From Raillietiella orientalis (taxonomy: Eukaryota): a DNA stretch of 64,000 bases. Under the pieces are notes generated by a model. It was not told where the DNA came from. It searched no databases and saw only the letters and a program-made list of their open reading frames with translations. Below, in pieces: positions 1 through 11,750 of this stretch; position 1 is the stretch's first letter; each line of letters begins with the position of its first letter. Location: the NCBI GenBank assembly GCA_036172245.1, contig JAYWIR010000008.1:1-64000 (forward strand), read 5' to 3'. The position numbers were made by a program, and so were the translations under genes.

Positions 1-702
1 CCTGTCGCGCGGATGGATCTCGAGGACACGCGGGCGATGGTCGGACAGCTCGCACGGTAACTTGCCGCGCCTGCCCACGCGAGGGCACAGGTGCTCGTCA
101 AGAAACACGTGGTCAATGCTGTCTTCCATCCCCGTTGCACTGGCCAACAAATTACAGGTGTGCACCGCCATGCACACCTCGTTGACCAGGTCACGCTCGG
201 GATTCTGCCCATCTGGTTTCAGGCGAACGTTGAAATCGCGTGCAACCAGATGGGCATTCCGCACGCCTGCTTCGGTCAGCCAGTCTTGCCAGAGGGCAAG
301 GAAAAACTCTTTTCTCGCCCTCCTGGTCATCAGGTCCGCGCCGCTCGGTGCGTACACGTTCGTGACGATCAGATCGATCGATTCGGACCACCTGAGAGTC
401 AGCTGACCGACACGACCGTGATCGCCGAACCGCACGCCCCGAGAAGCGGCCTCGACGGCTGGCCGAAGCAGGTAGGCGACACCGCAACTTTTCGCTCTCC
501 CACACCTGTACCATAGCCGCCCTCCGGAGATTCGTTCGATCTCTTGCGCTTGTTCTGCAGAGATCACGTGGATCTCCTGCAGCAGCGCACGGTCGTGGGA
601 CTCCAGAAGGGCGGCCATGTCTCGTCTCCTGCCGACGTCTGTCATGCCGTTCACGTTCGAAACGGCGATGCGCAGACGACGGCGGGAGGAGATTCCCGGC
701 AT
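1..702 (-). pseudogene. Tx1/L1-type ORF2 N-terminal APE endonuclease domain (inverted 5' part of element 1), continues off window
   Basis: Minus-strand translation from ATG at 702: MPGISSRRRLRIAVSNVNG...LLQEIH...NVYAP...RDFN; after a frameshift near 125 comes SIDHVF...LSDH. These are the APE/EEP motifs of non-LTR elements. Confidence 0.9.
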
Positions 703-716
703 TACTGCTGGGAAGA

Positions 717-2378
717 TTAAGGTGTGGGGGAGCCCACCTCTTGCGAGGCAGGCGGGATGTCCATGGGGGTTTCGGCCTTCTCAGGAACCTGAGGCACCTG
801 TTCGGCCTCCACCCCCTCCATCCCCTCCGTGTCCGCGCGTGGGAGTCTCTCGGGCGACGGGTCCCGCGAGTTTCCCACGCTCATGGCACCCTCGCTTGCG
901 GAAGCCATCTATTTCCCCTCGACGGGGGAGACGAGCTTCCTCGGCTTTGTGGACTTACGTCCAGCCTTCTTGCGCGGTGCCGTGGAAACGGAGGCTGCGT
1001 TTCCGGCCTCCACCTCGGGGTCGGAAGTGGGGGACTCCTGAGGGGAGACCGGACGTCTTACGGCCTTCTTGCCAGCCCTGGAGGGCTCTGGCTGCAAAGT
1101 GGCAGCCAGTTCCTCCGCGGCTCGCTCGAAGGCTACGTCATCGATGGTGGTGTTGATGACGGACGCCGCCGCCGGCTCGCTCCCCTCGCTGTTGACAGAG
1201 TCAACAGAGGGGAGGTCGTCGGTAGCGGCGAGTTCTTTCTGACAGCGTTCGGCAACATCGAGAACGCGTTCGACAACGACGCTGCACTCTTTAATTATCG
1301 CGCTACCCTGCTCTTTCTTCTTCTGTTGGTAGGCGATTTTTTTTTCCATCCTCCTCTCCTTCTTTGATTTTTTGGCCGTTGCCACTTGCCACCCAGTCTC
1401 CTGACCGGCTCCCTCAACTTTTTCGGCGTTGGTCGCCGGGGTCTCGGGTGCGGCCTGGGTCTTGGGTTTGGGTGGCACAGCCTTCGCGGCAGCTTTCGCC
1501 GCCAGCCTTTTCTGCAAAGGCCGGGCGCGTTTTTTAAGGTTTCTCTTGGAAACCACATGCACTGCTGCTTTAGGGCACACCTCCCTCGTGTGTCCCATGG
1601 TTTTGCATACTTGGCACTGCACGTTGGGACACCTCTTTTTGAGGTGGCCCGACGTATTGCAGAAGCCGCAGTATTTCGGCTTCCCCACATACCAGAGGTC
1701 GACGGTTTCGCCTTCGACCACCAGTTTGTGGGGAAGAGTGCAGCCCTCCCGAACGGTCACGCGCGCAGCCGTGAGGCCGTGCTGCAGCCCCGTGTAGTCC
1801 TCGAAAGGACTAACTTTCGTCGACTGCGCGTGGACCGTTCCAAATTGTTCTAGCGCGGCGCGAACCTGTTCCTTTCGCATCCTTGCGGTAACACCTAACA
1901 GGTGGACCACCATGCTGCGGTCCGCCGTAATAGGGAGGAGCCTGCGCGTCCCCATCAACACGGGGGTTTTAAGCAGTCGTTGGGCCAGCTCTGCTTGTTT
2001 GCAGATGACCTCAACGTACTGACCCCCGCTGCGGATGGTCATAGCGCTGAGCTCCTCCTCTTTCACATCGAGAGCGCGCATGCCCTTCGAGAAAGCGCGC
2101 GCGCTCTCTAAAGAATATAGATTGCCTACCTTGTAGAACAATGAGGGGTTGTACCCCTCCTCTACATAGGCCGACAATTCCGCCGCGTCTGCTGGCGATG
2201 GCGCCGACACAACGGCGCTCCACGCCCGCGCTGCAGCGGGGATCGATTCTGTGGGTGCGGATGCCCCCACCTCCATCGCCTCTGGGGGCGACGTTACCGC
2301 CGCCCCATGGCTCTCCATCGCCTCTGGGGGCGGCGTTGCCGCTGCCACCTGGCCATCCCTGGTGGTCGCGTCAGGCAT
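717..2378 (-). pseudogene. Tx1/L1-type ORF1 (Gag-like, two CCHC zinc knuckles) with one in-frame TAG at 909-911
   Basis: Starts MPDATT at 2378, the same start as the sibling at 6924. Contains CGFCNTSGHLKKRC and CQVCKTMGHTREVC, then a K/R-rich tail. The 717-908 ORF continues in the same frame straight after the TAG, and the sibling at about 9180-9530 aligns through this position. Confidence 0.88.
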
Positions 2379-2475
2379 CGCTGCCTGATCGACCACCGAA
2401 CCACACGACGCTTGCACTGGGGGAGACTTCCTGGCACGAGGAGCACCGAGAAAACACGTCCACCCTGGAGCACGG

Positions 2476-4640
2476 AAGGCGTTCGATTGCGTCGATCAGA
2501 ATCTCCTTCTGGAGCTTCTGAATCGCTTGGGCTTCCCGGCCTCATTAGTGGCCTATTTGCGCTCCTGCTGGCGCGACGCGCTCATCAACTTTACTTTCAG
2601 CGGGCAAACCGTGCACGGCGTGCCGGTGCGGCGTGGGATCCGGCAGGGAGACAGCCTGAGCCCCTTGCTCTTCAGTACCTATTTTGAGTTGGTACTGAGA
2701 GCGTACAGGGAAACTCTGGCGCACCTGCCGCACGATTGTGCCGGTACGCCGGCCGTTTCAGCGTACGCGGACGACCTTTTGCTGCTGCTCCCTATGTCCA
2801 CCCCGGCTGCGGCGGTCGAGTTCTTCGACCTGCTGCATCGGGGAACCGGACTTACGGTGAACAGGGCGAAGTCGTCCTTGATGCCAGTTGGTGCGGTGTG
2901 GGCAGGGCAGCAGGACTGGGTCCGTTTGGGGATCCCCACGGTGAGGTACTTCAAGTACCTTGGTGTGCCGTTGGGGGACTACTCCCCTGCGGAAGCGTGG
3001 TCCGGCTGCCTTCAAAAAGTAGAGACGGCTATCGGCCCGTTCCGAGGCGGCAGTTTTTCCTGCCTGAACGGGCCGCGGTTTGGAACACGTTCGCGGCTCC
3101 TCTTCTCCGCCCCCTGCTTTTTATTTGCCCCCCACAGAGAGGATAAAAGAGCGGACAAAGGACCTTCTACGTATCGCCCTTTGGAGCAACGGGAGGACCC
3201 GAGTCCGCTTAAAGGACTTGTGTGCTCCTCGTTGGGACGGTGGTCTGGGCCTCCTGACGCTGGAGCGGCTGGAGCTTCAGCTCCAGTTTCGAATGTCGGC
3301 ACTTGTACCAGAGTTGTGGTGCACCTGTTGGTGCGTCCCTGCACGTCTCCTTCTCCAGCAGGCCACCGGCAAGACGGGACTGACGTCGTTTCTTGCACTC
3401 CGTCGCCGCGTCAACCGATGCGGACTCCAGCTACGGAGGGTGGCTGCGCTGTACCGGAAAAAAACAGGATTGGTCACCTGTCGCCCTTTGAACGGTAGTG
3501 CCTGGTTGCAGGAAACCGTTCGCACGTGGGGACAGCTCGGCGTGCAACGCTCCCAACAGGAACGAAGGTTCCTGTTTGGGGGTTACAGAAGTTGCACGCT
3601 CCGTGAGATCCTGGAGGATCCCAAGGAGAGAGCGTGGGCAGGAAGAACCCCCCTCGCTGCTGCGCTGCCCTCCCTGATGGAAGATCTGGACAGCGATGTT
3701 GCGGCGAAGTGGGAGGTTACCGTTACAATCTCCGGGAAGGAGAAGAAGGTAGGAGAGTGGAAGACGGGTCAGCTGACTGACGCTGTCACCCTGAGTACGC
3801 CTCCCCATGGACTTCTTCGCTGGGGCGCGCTGCTCGACGTTCCCATTAAACGTTTGAAGTGGCCCGTGGTACTGATGAACACCTCCACCCTCCCCTTAAA
3901 ATGTCAGGAGTCGGCTCTCCTGTTGCAGCACTGGGAACTCCCCTGCAACGCCCTCCGACACCACTGGACCAGGGAAACGGTGGACCCCAATTGCGTCAGG
4001 TGTGGGGAACGGGATTCCCTCCCCCACCTGCTTGTGGATTCTGTTGGTGCAACATGCGGAGCGGTGGAATCGCTTCCGCATTTGCTGTTTGAATGCGGTG
4101 CCCTCCAGGGCTGTCTTCAGCCCCTTTGGTTCCGCTTTGCCACTGCAATCGGAATTCCCTGCGACAACCCTAGGGACGCATTGAAAGCCCTCTTCGTTGC
4201 CGACGCCCTTCGGCCAGCGGCCTCGTTAGCAGCCCTGTGCTGCCTACGCGGGATGTCGCCGCCTGGAGCAAGGCTACGGGAGGACCACACGACCAGTGTG
4301 CCATCGAGCCAGCCTTCCAGTTCCTGAGGAGGGCGTCGCGATGGCCTCACCTGGATCCAAGCATGCGGCAAGAGCTTGCCGGCATTCTGCAAAGGATGCA
4401 ACGGCCCCACCAGCTACAGTGATCCCTTGCCGTACCCTCCCACTTTTTCTTTTCTTTTTTTTGTTTTGTTTTTTGTATTTCCTTCTTCCCCCTGCTGTCG
4501 TGGTGGACCGTACCGGTCTGCGAACCGGTGACCCGGGAGGCTCTATGTTTCTTCGTGCCTGGTTGGAGCAACGGTCCAGCCACTGCGCGTCTTTGTTAAA
4601 GTTTATTAATTAATAAACGCCCCGGCGAAATCCGGGTGAA
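2476..4640 (+). mobile_element. Element 1 sense part: RT (from KAFD) to Zn finger, 3'UTR and terminus
   Basis: KAFDCVDQ, GIRQGDSLSPLLF, YADD, FKYLG, GGLG and CxxC..HL..C motifs. Frameshifts near 3055 and 4255; stop at 4420-4422; T-rich UTR; terminal motif at 4612-4640. Confidence 0.92.
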
Positions 4641-4950
4641 AATCGAACGCCTTGTGGAGGTAGACTGCGACCGCCAAGCCACTCGGTGTTCCCTCCTGCC
4701 GTCGGTGCGTGTTCTTCTTGCCTGCAGCTGTGACTTTCGCCGCGGCCAGGCTTTGCTGCGCCACGACTTCCTTCAGCTGCTTCCAGGAACGTTAGAAAAG
4801 GATGTTCGCCTCAATGGATCGTCCGGGAACCGCGTAAGTTTGTTCCGGGCTCAACACGGATTCCGCGATATTTCTATGCCGCGCGACCCACAGCTTGGAA
4901 AACTTGTCGTCCAAGTTCACCAGGGTGATCGGACGCCAGTTTTTAAGTAT
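4641..4950 (-). mobile_element. Antisense RT fragment (WRPITL...PGRSI...KAFD), flank and apparent target of element 1
   Basis: Minus strand reads NWRPITLVNLDDK..SPEQTYAVPGRSIEANI and then LAVAVYLHKAFD. Confidence 0.85.
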
Positions 4951-5875
4951 AGTGGAGGAGCTGTTGCAAGACCAGGACAAGTGTACCCGCCTAGCTGTTA
5001 CGCCCCTCGCCTCAGCACTGTCCACTTTGATGGTTCGAGACGACAGTGACCTACCGGCGAGGTGGGAGTTCGCTTGCGCTATCGCAGGCAAAACCCGACT
5101 TCTGGGCGGCTCGAGAACCTGCAAGCTGGCAGACGCTGCCACGCCTCGCATTAGTGCCAAGGGACTTCGGTGGAGCGAGCTTCTCGGATTGCCCTCCGAA
5201 GACCTTGTGGTCCCTTTAGCGTGTTTGGACGCGACTGTGTTCCTTCTTCGGTGGAAACAGGACGCTTTTCTGCTGGTGCTTTGAAGTCTGTATTGCAACC
5301 AGCGCGCGCACCTGGTTTCCGGGGAAGTCGCTTCCCCGAACTGTGCAACATGCGGAGCGGTGGAATCGCTTCCGCATTTGCTGTTTGAATGCGGTGCCCT
5401 CCAGGGCTGTCTTCAGCGCTCCTGCATCCCGGACACACCACAATGGATTGGATGAGCCGCTTCTTCACGAGTGGCGGTCTTTCTCTGGGAGCAGTCGTCG
5501 CAATCATCTGCTGCGTCCTCGCCATTGTCAAGGCCCGCCACGTATTGAAGCTGTAAGCGGTCTCAACATCCGTCCCCGACATGGCAGCCTGCAATCTGCA
5601 ACTGGCTGCTGGGTGGCCACACCTTAACGCAGAAGTGAGGTCAGAGGTTGCCGGCATTCACCACCAGGTCTGAGACTACGAACGGATGCAACTGCAGACC
5701 TCTATCCCTACCCTCCCACCATATTTATATATTTATTTTCCCCTCCCTCCGTTTCAAACTCTCAGTGTGCCCGGCCTGCTTGTCGGTAACCCTACTCCCC
5801 ATCTTCTCTTCCCCTTGCCTGGAAACGAGATTGCCAAATGATTTCAATAATAAACGTCCCGACGCAACCGGGTAA
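4951..5875 (+). mobile_element. 5'-truncated element 2 (ORF2 C-terminus, 3'UTR subfamily B, terminus)
   Basis: Homologous to 7860-8949 and 23760-24700. Has the Zn finger and the terminal motif at 5849-5875. Confidence 0.8.
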
Positions 5876-7020
5876 TAAACGACAACTCAGCAACTTTTAA
5901 TTTTTTCGCTGCGCGGTGTTGTTTTGCTCCGTTTCTCGACGTTCTGTGCCTGTTTGGCATTTTTCTTTTTGGAGTTGACCTCATGCCAACCTGGCTCTTG
6001 GCCGTCGCCCTCGACTTTCTCGGCGTTTTCTGCCGGGTCTCGGAGCTGGCCTTCGCCTTGGTGGCGGAGGTTACCTCCTTATCTGCAGCTCGAGCTGCTA
6101 GCTTCTTTCGTTCTTTGCTGCGCGCTTTCTTGCGTTTCGGGCGGACGCGACACGGATTAAATTTTGGGGGCACACACGACGAGTGTGTCCCGCTTGCTTG
6201 CATTGCTGGCACTACGCTCGGACACCGCATTTGTGGTGTCCAAAACTGCTGCATCAGCCGCAGAACTTGGGTTTTCCCACGTAGCACACGTCAACGGATT
6301 CAGCGTGGAAGCACAGTTTGTGGGGAAATCGAACTTCTTGAGAACTGTGACGCGCTGCAGCGAGGCCGCCAAGCACCCCGTTGTAATCCACGAACGGAGT
6401 GGGCTTGCCCCACAGCGCGTGCACAGTGGCGAATTTTTCCATTTCGTTCCGGACGGCCTCCTTAATCATCCGGAACGTTATTTCGGTCAGGTGAACAATC
6501 ACAGACCTGTCCTCCGTTATCAGAAGGAGCCTTTGGCTTCCCATCAGCACAGTGATTCCAAGGATTCTCTGCGCAAGAGTTGCCTCTTTGCAGATGACTT
6601 CCACAAACTGTCCCCCGCTTCTGATGGGCATCGCCAGAAGCTCCTCTTGTTGAACGCCGAGAGCGCGCATCGCCTGCGAAAAGGCACGCGCGTTTTCGGC
6701 TGAATACAAACCACCTAGCTTGTATAGGAGGGGTAAGTTATACCCCTCCTCCAAGTAGGCGCGCATCTCCGCCATAGCCGCCGGCGTTGGTGCGGCAGCC
6801 ACGCGTTCCAAGCCCTGGGTAGGACCGGGGTCGCATCAGTGGGGTCGGGAGCTTCCACTTCCATCTCCTCCGGGGGCGATCAGGTCATCGCCTCCAGATC
6901 CTCACTGGTGGTGGCATCAGGCATTGTTGCCTAAACCACCAACCACACCACACAAAAGCGCAGAGAAAAAGCACGAACTCAGGAGCGACGACAAAACACC
7001 TCCGAACGCGGCTGCGCGGC
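5876..7020 (-). mobile_element. Degenerate ORF1 5' part plus 5'UTR, antisense
   Basis: MPDATT start at 6924; YLEEGYNLPLLYKLG...IRSGGQFVEVICK...VGKPKFCG, homologous to ORF1 of element 1. Confidence 0.85.
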
Positions 7021-8949
7021 GTCAGCGGCGGTTGCTACTGCTGTTGCCCATGTCCACCCCGGCGGCGTCGCTTGAAGATTTCTTTGAGTTGATCCGTCGC
7101 GGAAAGGGCATGAGCGTCAACAGGAGCAAGTGCATGGCTGCTCCGGTGGGAGCGACGTGGGAGGAACAGTTCGATTGGATCCGCCCAGGGATCCCCACGG
7201 GCAGGTACTTGAAGTACTTTGGCGTGCCGTTGGGCGACTTCTGCGTCTCAGAAGCGTGGTCGGACTGCCTTCGGAAGGCAGAGCGTGCACTTGGCCCGTT
7301 CTCCGGAGGCGAGTTCGTCTTGCCGGAACGGGACAGCATATGGAACACCTTCGTTGCCCCCCTCCTCCTCCCCCTGTTTTTTGTTTGCCCACCGCCCCAG
7401 GAAGTCAAGGTCTGGGCACAGAGCATTCTACGCAAAGCGTTGTGGGACGCTGCAAGATGCCGAGTAAGACTTAAAGACTTGGTGGCGCCGCGTCAGGATG
7501 CAGGCTTGCGCATCCTCGACACAAACAGCATCGAACTGCAGGTGCAGTTTCGAATGCTGCGGCTCTGTGCCAAGCTGTGGTGTACGCCGTGGTACCCGCA
7601 CGCCTTGTACTAAGGCGCTGCACGAGAAGTGACAAACTGCTTTCGTTGCTGCCCCACTTTTGGCACATCAGAATAGGGTTTGGCTTCCTGCTGAGGCAGC
7701 TGTCCTCTCTGCTGGAAGTTCAAAGTTGGGTTTTCTGCCGCCCCATGAACATTAATGCATGGCGGAAGAAATCTTTTTCATCGTGGACCGGTTCCGTAGG
7801 AATGCGTCCTGAAGTCGTTTGACGCCTGCGGCTTTTCCTGAGTTATCCATTGTAGGAAGTCATGCAGGACGAGAAGAATTCAGATCTTCTGGCCGCCACA
7901 GCACTCGCCGCAGCGCTGTCTGCTCTAAGGGCAAGCAATGACAGTTGCCTACCGGCAAAATGGGTATTCTTCTGCACAATAGCAGGAGTGAGTAAGCTCT
8001 TTGGCGGATGGACGACAAAGGAGCTGGTGGAAACCTCCACTCCTCGGAATCGGGCGAAAGGCCTGCTTCGGTGGAGTGAACATTTAAGTGTACCCCTCGA
8101 ACAGATAGTGGTCCCCCCCGTTTGTTTGGACAGCTCCGTGTTCCCCTTGAACTGGAAACAGAAGTGCTGCTCTTTTTACACTGGGGATTCCACTGTAATT
8201 GGCAGCGAAGCATCGTTTCCGGGGGAGCTGCTTCGCCAAACTGTTTGAGATGCGGAGAGATCGAGTCTTTTCCGCACCTCTTGCTGGACTGCGGTGACCT
8301 CCGTGGAATGTGGCGAAGGCTGATTTTAGCCATCCTGCCGCAGGGAGGCACTGCAATTGATGTGCTGTGGCGCTTCTTCAGGAGGAATGGATTTTCGGTA
8401 GGCGCGATTGTCGCAACCATGTGTTGCATTCGCGCCATCGTGAAGGCTCGCTACGCCATGGAGTTGTCAGCGCAGCGAAAGGAAGCTCACTTGTTTGCAG
8501 CTGAATCCATGGCGAAGGCTTCAAGGTGACCTCATCTTCGTGACGAGGTGAAGGAGGACATCGCCGGCATCCATCGACGGTTTACAGACTTTTGAGAACG
8601 GCGTAATCCGTTGACCACTGCGACCTGAAGCCCACCCATACCCTTTCCCCGCTCACTCTGCTGAATTCCCGGTACCATTACTTTTATCCCAGTGCCTACC
8701 TGAGCGATCCCAAAGACTCTTGTCCCGACATTCCCGATTAATTGTTTCTCTTTTGTTTTTGTTTGTTTGTGTTCCCCGTTCCCACACACCGTTCCCAATA
8801 CTGTTATTCTGGCCTGCATGCCAGCAATCTTCTCTTTATTTTTGTTCATTCATCGGTTGGGATCCTGCTTCCCAACTGGTTTATTTTATATAATTGAGTT
8901 TTTTCTTGTTTATATCATATGAAATAAACGTCCCGGCGTGACTGGGTGA
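7021..8949 (+). mobile_element. Element 3 sense part: post-YADD RT to Zn finger, 3'UTR B and terminus
   Basis: LLLLLPMST..YLKYFG..WNTFVAP..CLRCGEIESFPHLLLDC; terminal motif at 8923-8949. Confidence 0.85.
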
Positions 8950-10320
8950 GAAATCTCCTGAACGTTTTTCGCGGTGATCACGTGGATCTCCTGCAGCAGT
9001 ACCTGGTCGAGCTCAGGCAGGTTGTCGGCTGTGTGTCGTCTGTTGCCGTCGTCGCGCAGCCCGTTGATGTTCCAACAGGCCACGTGGATCCGACGGCGAC
9101 AGGTGAGTCCAGGTGTTATGTCTGGTAACCTGGCGGTGAAATCTCGCATCCTGTTGGAGTGGGACGCTAGAAGAGGTTGACGTTTCATCCACCAACTCCT
9201 CGTTCTCCTTAGGTGCCGACTTGTCCGCATTTTGATATAATGGTGGTGTTTTGCCTACCTGTACGCCCTCCTCCATGGGTGCGGCTGTTCACGTTCGGCG
9301 GATGCTGATGGCATTGCTCTCACCCTCCTACATTGGAGTCGCCTGCTCGTCGGTTTGGGAACGTGGAAGATTCCCGTCTTGGGCTCCCACGCTGCCGTCC
9401 ATTTCAGCTGCCTCCATTGCATCCCCCTCGCTCGGAGGCGGAATGCACCTTCGGGGTTTCTGGTACTCCCGTCCCGATTTTCGTGAAGGTGCTTCCGCGC
9501 AGGAGGATGCACTTCAGGCATCCCGGTCGGACTCATCTGAGGGTGCGATTTTCGCCGTTGCCGAACGTCCGCGAGGGGTTCTCGCGCTCGGCAAGCGTCG
9601 CCGCAAGCTCCTCCGTAGCCTTCTCGAAGGCTGTGTCCTCGCTGTCGGCGAGCCTGTAGGGCGGCTTATCCTCTGCGCAAGCAGAGGGTGCGGCATCGCG
9701 CTCATCCGTCTCTGCACGAACGGCGATTGAAGGCGTATCGCCTCGGGTGGTTTCGGCGGGAACGTTAATGCGTTCCAGATTCACCGTGCACTCACGGAAA
9801 GCTTCTACGCGCGGCACGGATGGCGCTTTCTATCCGGTCGCGGTTTTCTTCGCTTTTTTTGAGACACTTCTGTCCTTTTTTTACTTTTTTGGCTTTGACA
9901 AGCTGCCAGCCCTCTTCTCCCTCTACGGTTTTGGGAACCTTGTCCTCCGACGCCGGTTTTAAGGATTGGGGTAATGGCAGCTGTTCTCGGCCAATTTCCC
10001 TCATTTGAATTTTCTCTTTCCCCGCGCGTTTCCCTTGCCCTATTTTGGCGGCCGGGGAAATCGGGGTGGGGCGTTTCAGGCACACACGAAGGACGTGGCG
10101 CTTCTCCGCACACATGTAGCACTCGATGTTCCGGCACCTCCTTCGGAGGTGCCCTACTGCATTGCAGTAGCCAGAATACCGGGGCTTCCTTACTTACCAG
10201 AGGTCGACCGACTGTTTTGCGACTCCCAGCTTGTGGGGAGTCCACTATACGCTTATACAAGGTTTCGGCCGAGAACAGAGGGTGTGTCGCAGGTTTTGAA
10301 TCCTTCCGCAAGATGCGGCT
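8950..10320 (-). mobile_element. Antisense ORF1 C-terminal part and APE N-terminus
   Basis: IHVACWNINGL..LLQEIH; knuckle remnants YCNAVGHLRRRC and CYMCAEKRHVLRVC; TAFEKATEELAATL, shared with ORF1. Confidence 0.8.
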
Positions 10321-10329
10321 GGTTAGCCT

Positions 10330-11745
10330 ATTTTATTTTTTTTTCCCACTCGAGCTTGCCACGACGTTTATTCAAAAGAATGTAAACATCTACAATTTTT
10401 TCTTGTTGTACCATTGGTCTGATCGCGTCCTTTCTGTAGATCTAATCTGCCGTGATACCGCTTGGCAGACTAGTGGGTTCTGCCATGACAGCAAAAGGGA
10501 GGGGACAAACGAACAGAAATGGAAACGAAACAATAAGAAACTTTGGGCAGGAAGGGTACGGGAAGGGATCACAGTCTGCTGGGGGCCGTCCCCTCTGCAT
10601 CCTTTGATGGATGCCCGCAACTTCTTGCTTTATATCAATGTACAGGTTGGGCCACCTGATCGCTATCCGTAAAAAGCGAGAAGCGAAGTGGATGGCGTTC
10701 TTGTCTTTGGCTCCTCTGTTAACTTGGCTTCACGATGCCGTCATCCCACGAATTCAGGAGGGCGCTCCAAGGACTGCGCCTGGCTTCAGGGTGTCTCTCA
10801 TAAAGAGGAGCCGTATTATGTCTCTGGAGTTGTCCCCGAGGGTTTCAAGGGTCGCGAAAAAGCGTCCGCAAAGTAGTCAGAGGACAACAAAGTCCACTAG
10901 TAGGCAGGGGAGGAATTCCTGCTTCAAGCAAACTGCACAGATTGGGTCCACACACATTCGTGTTCAATGATGAAGGCGAGTGTTGCACCAGAGACCCCAG
11001 TGCAACAGCATCAGTGCCGACTCCTGCTTCTTTGAGGGGAGGATGAGGGTGTTTATGAGCTCCGGGAACCACTGCAGGTCTACCTTTGGAATGCCAAGTA
11101 GCAAGCTCAAGCTCATTATTTCGCGAAGTCGAGAAAGTGGGATCGCAGCAACGGTGAGCCAGCCTAGTAGCCCTGAACTTTCCTCTTTCCTGAGATTTCC
11201 ACAGTAAGTTTACATTTTGCCGCAACGCTGCTGCCCGTGTGTTCCCCAAGGGAGGGCACCGCGGAGGCGAGGAAGGGTTAGCCCTCCCGCGAACTCTTCA
11301 CGGGGTCGTCCAAAACCTCACGGAGCGTGCAGTTATGTGCGTCAGGAAACCTGTTCCACAATTGGCTTTTGGATCCTCGTCCACATGGACACAGATTTCT
11401 GCAACTGGGAGCAACCGCTTGCGAGGCGGCAAGGGATCCATCCTTTTTTCACGGCCACTGTCACCACCTGACGCAGGTGCAGTCCGCAATGGATGAGATT
11501 GCGTGGGCGGCGCGTAAGGAAAGATGTGCCACGCTGCCGGAGACTTGCTGGACGTGCAGGTTGGCACGAGTTGGCGCCCCAGATGTTTGCGACTATGGCG
11601 AGAGCCCTCCACTGGGGCTGCAGCTCCATTCGCTCCATCGTCAGGACAACTGGCTGGTGTTTTAGCGCGGAGCCCACACATCCTTCAGGCGGACTGGGGA
11701 CCCTCTTTGCTCCAAAGGGCGTTCCGGAAATCGGATGCCTAACTT
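10330..11745 (-). mobile_element. 5'-truncated element, minus strand, with terminus and A-rich tail at 10330-10372
   Basis: Remnants of ERMELQ, PLKEAG and the Zn finger; 3'UTR type A; variant terminal motif followed by an A tract. Confidence 0.75.
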
Positions 11746-11750
11746 GACTA

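Noticed and set aside
2527..3498. RT as a retron, group II intron or DGR enzyme
   Set aside because: Its association with APE, a CCHC ORF1 and a C-terminal Zn finger identifies a non-LTR element.
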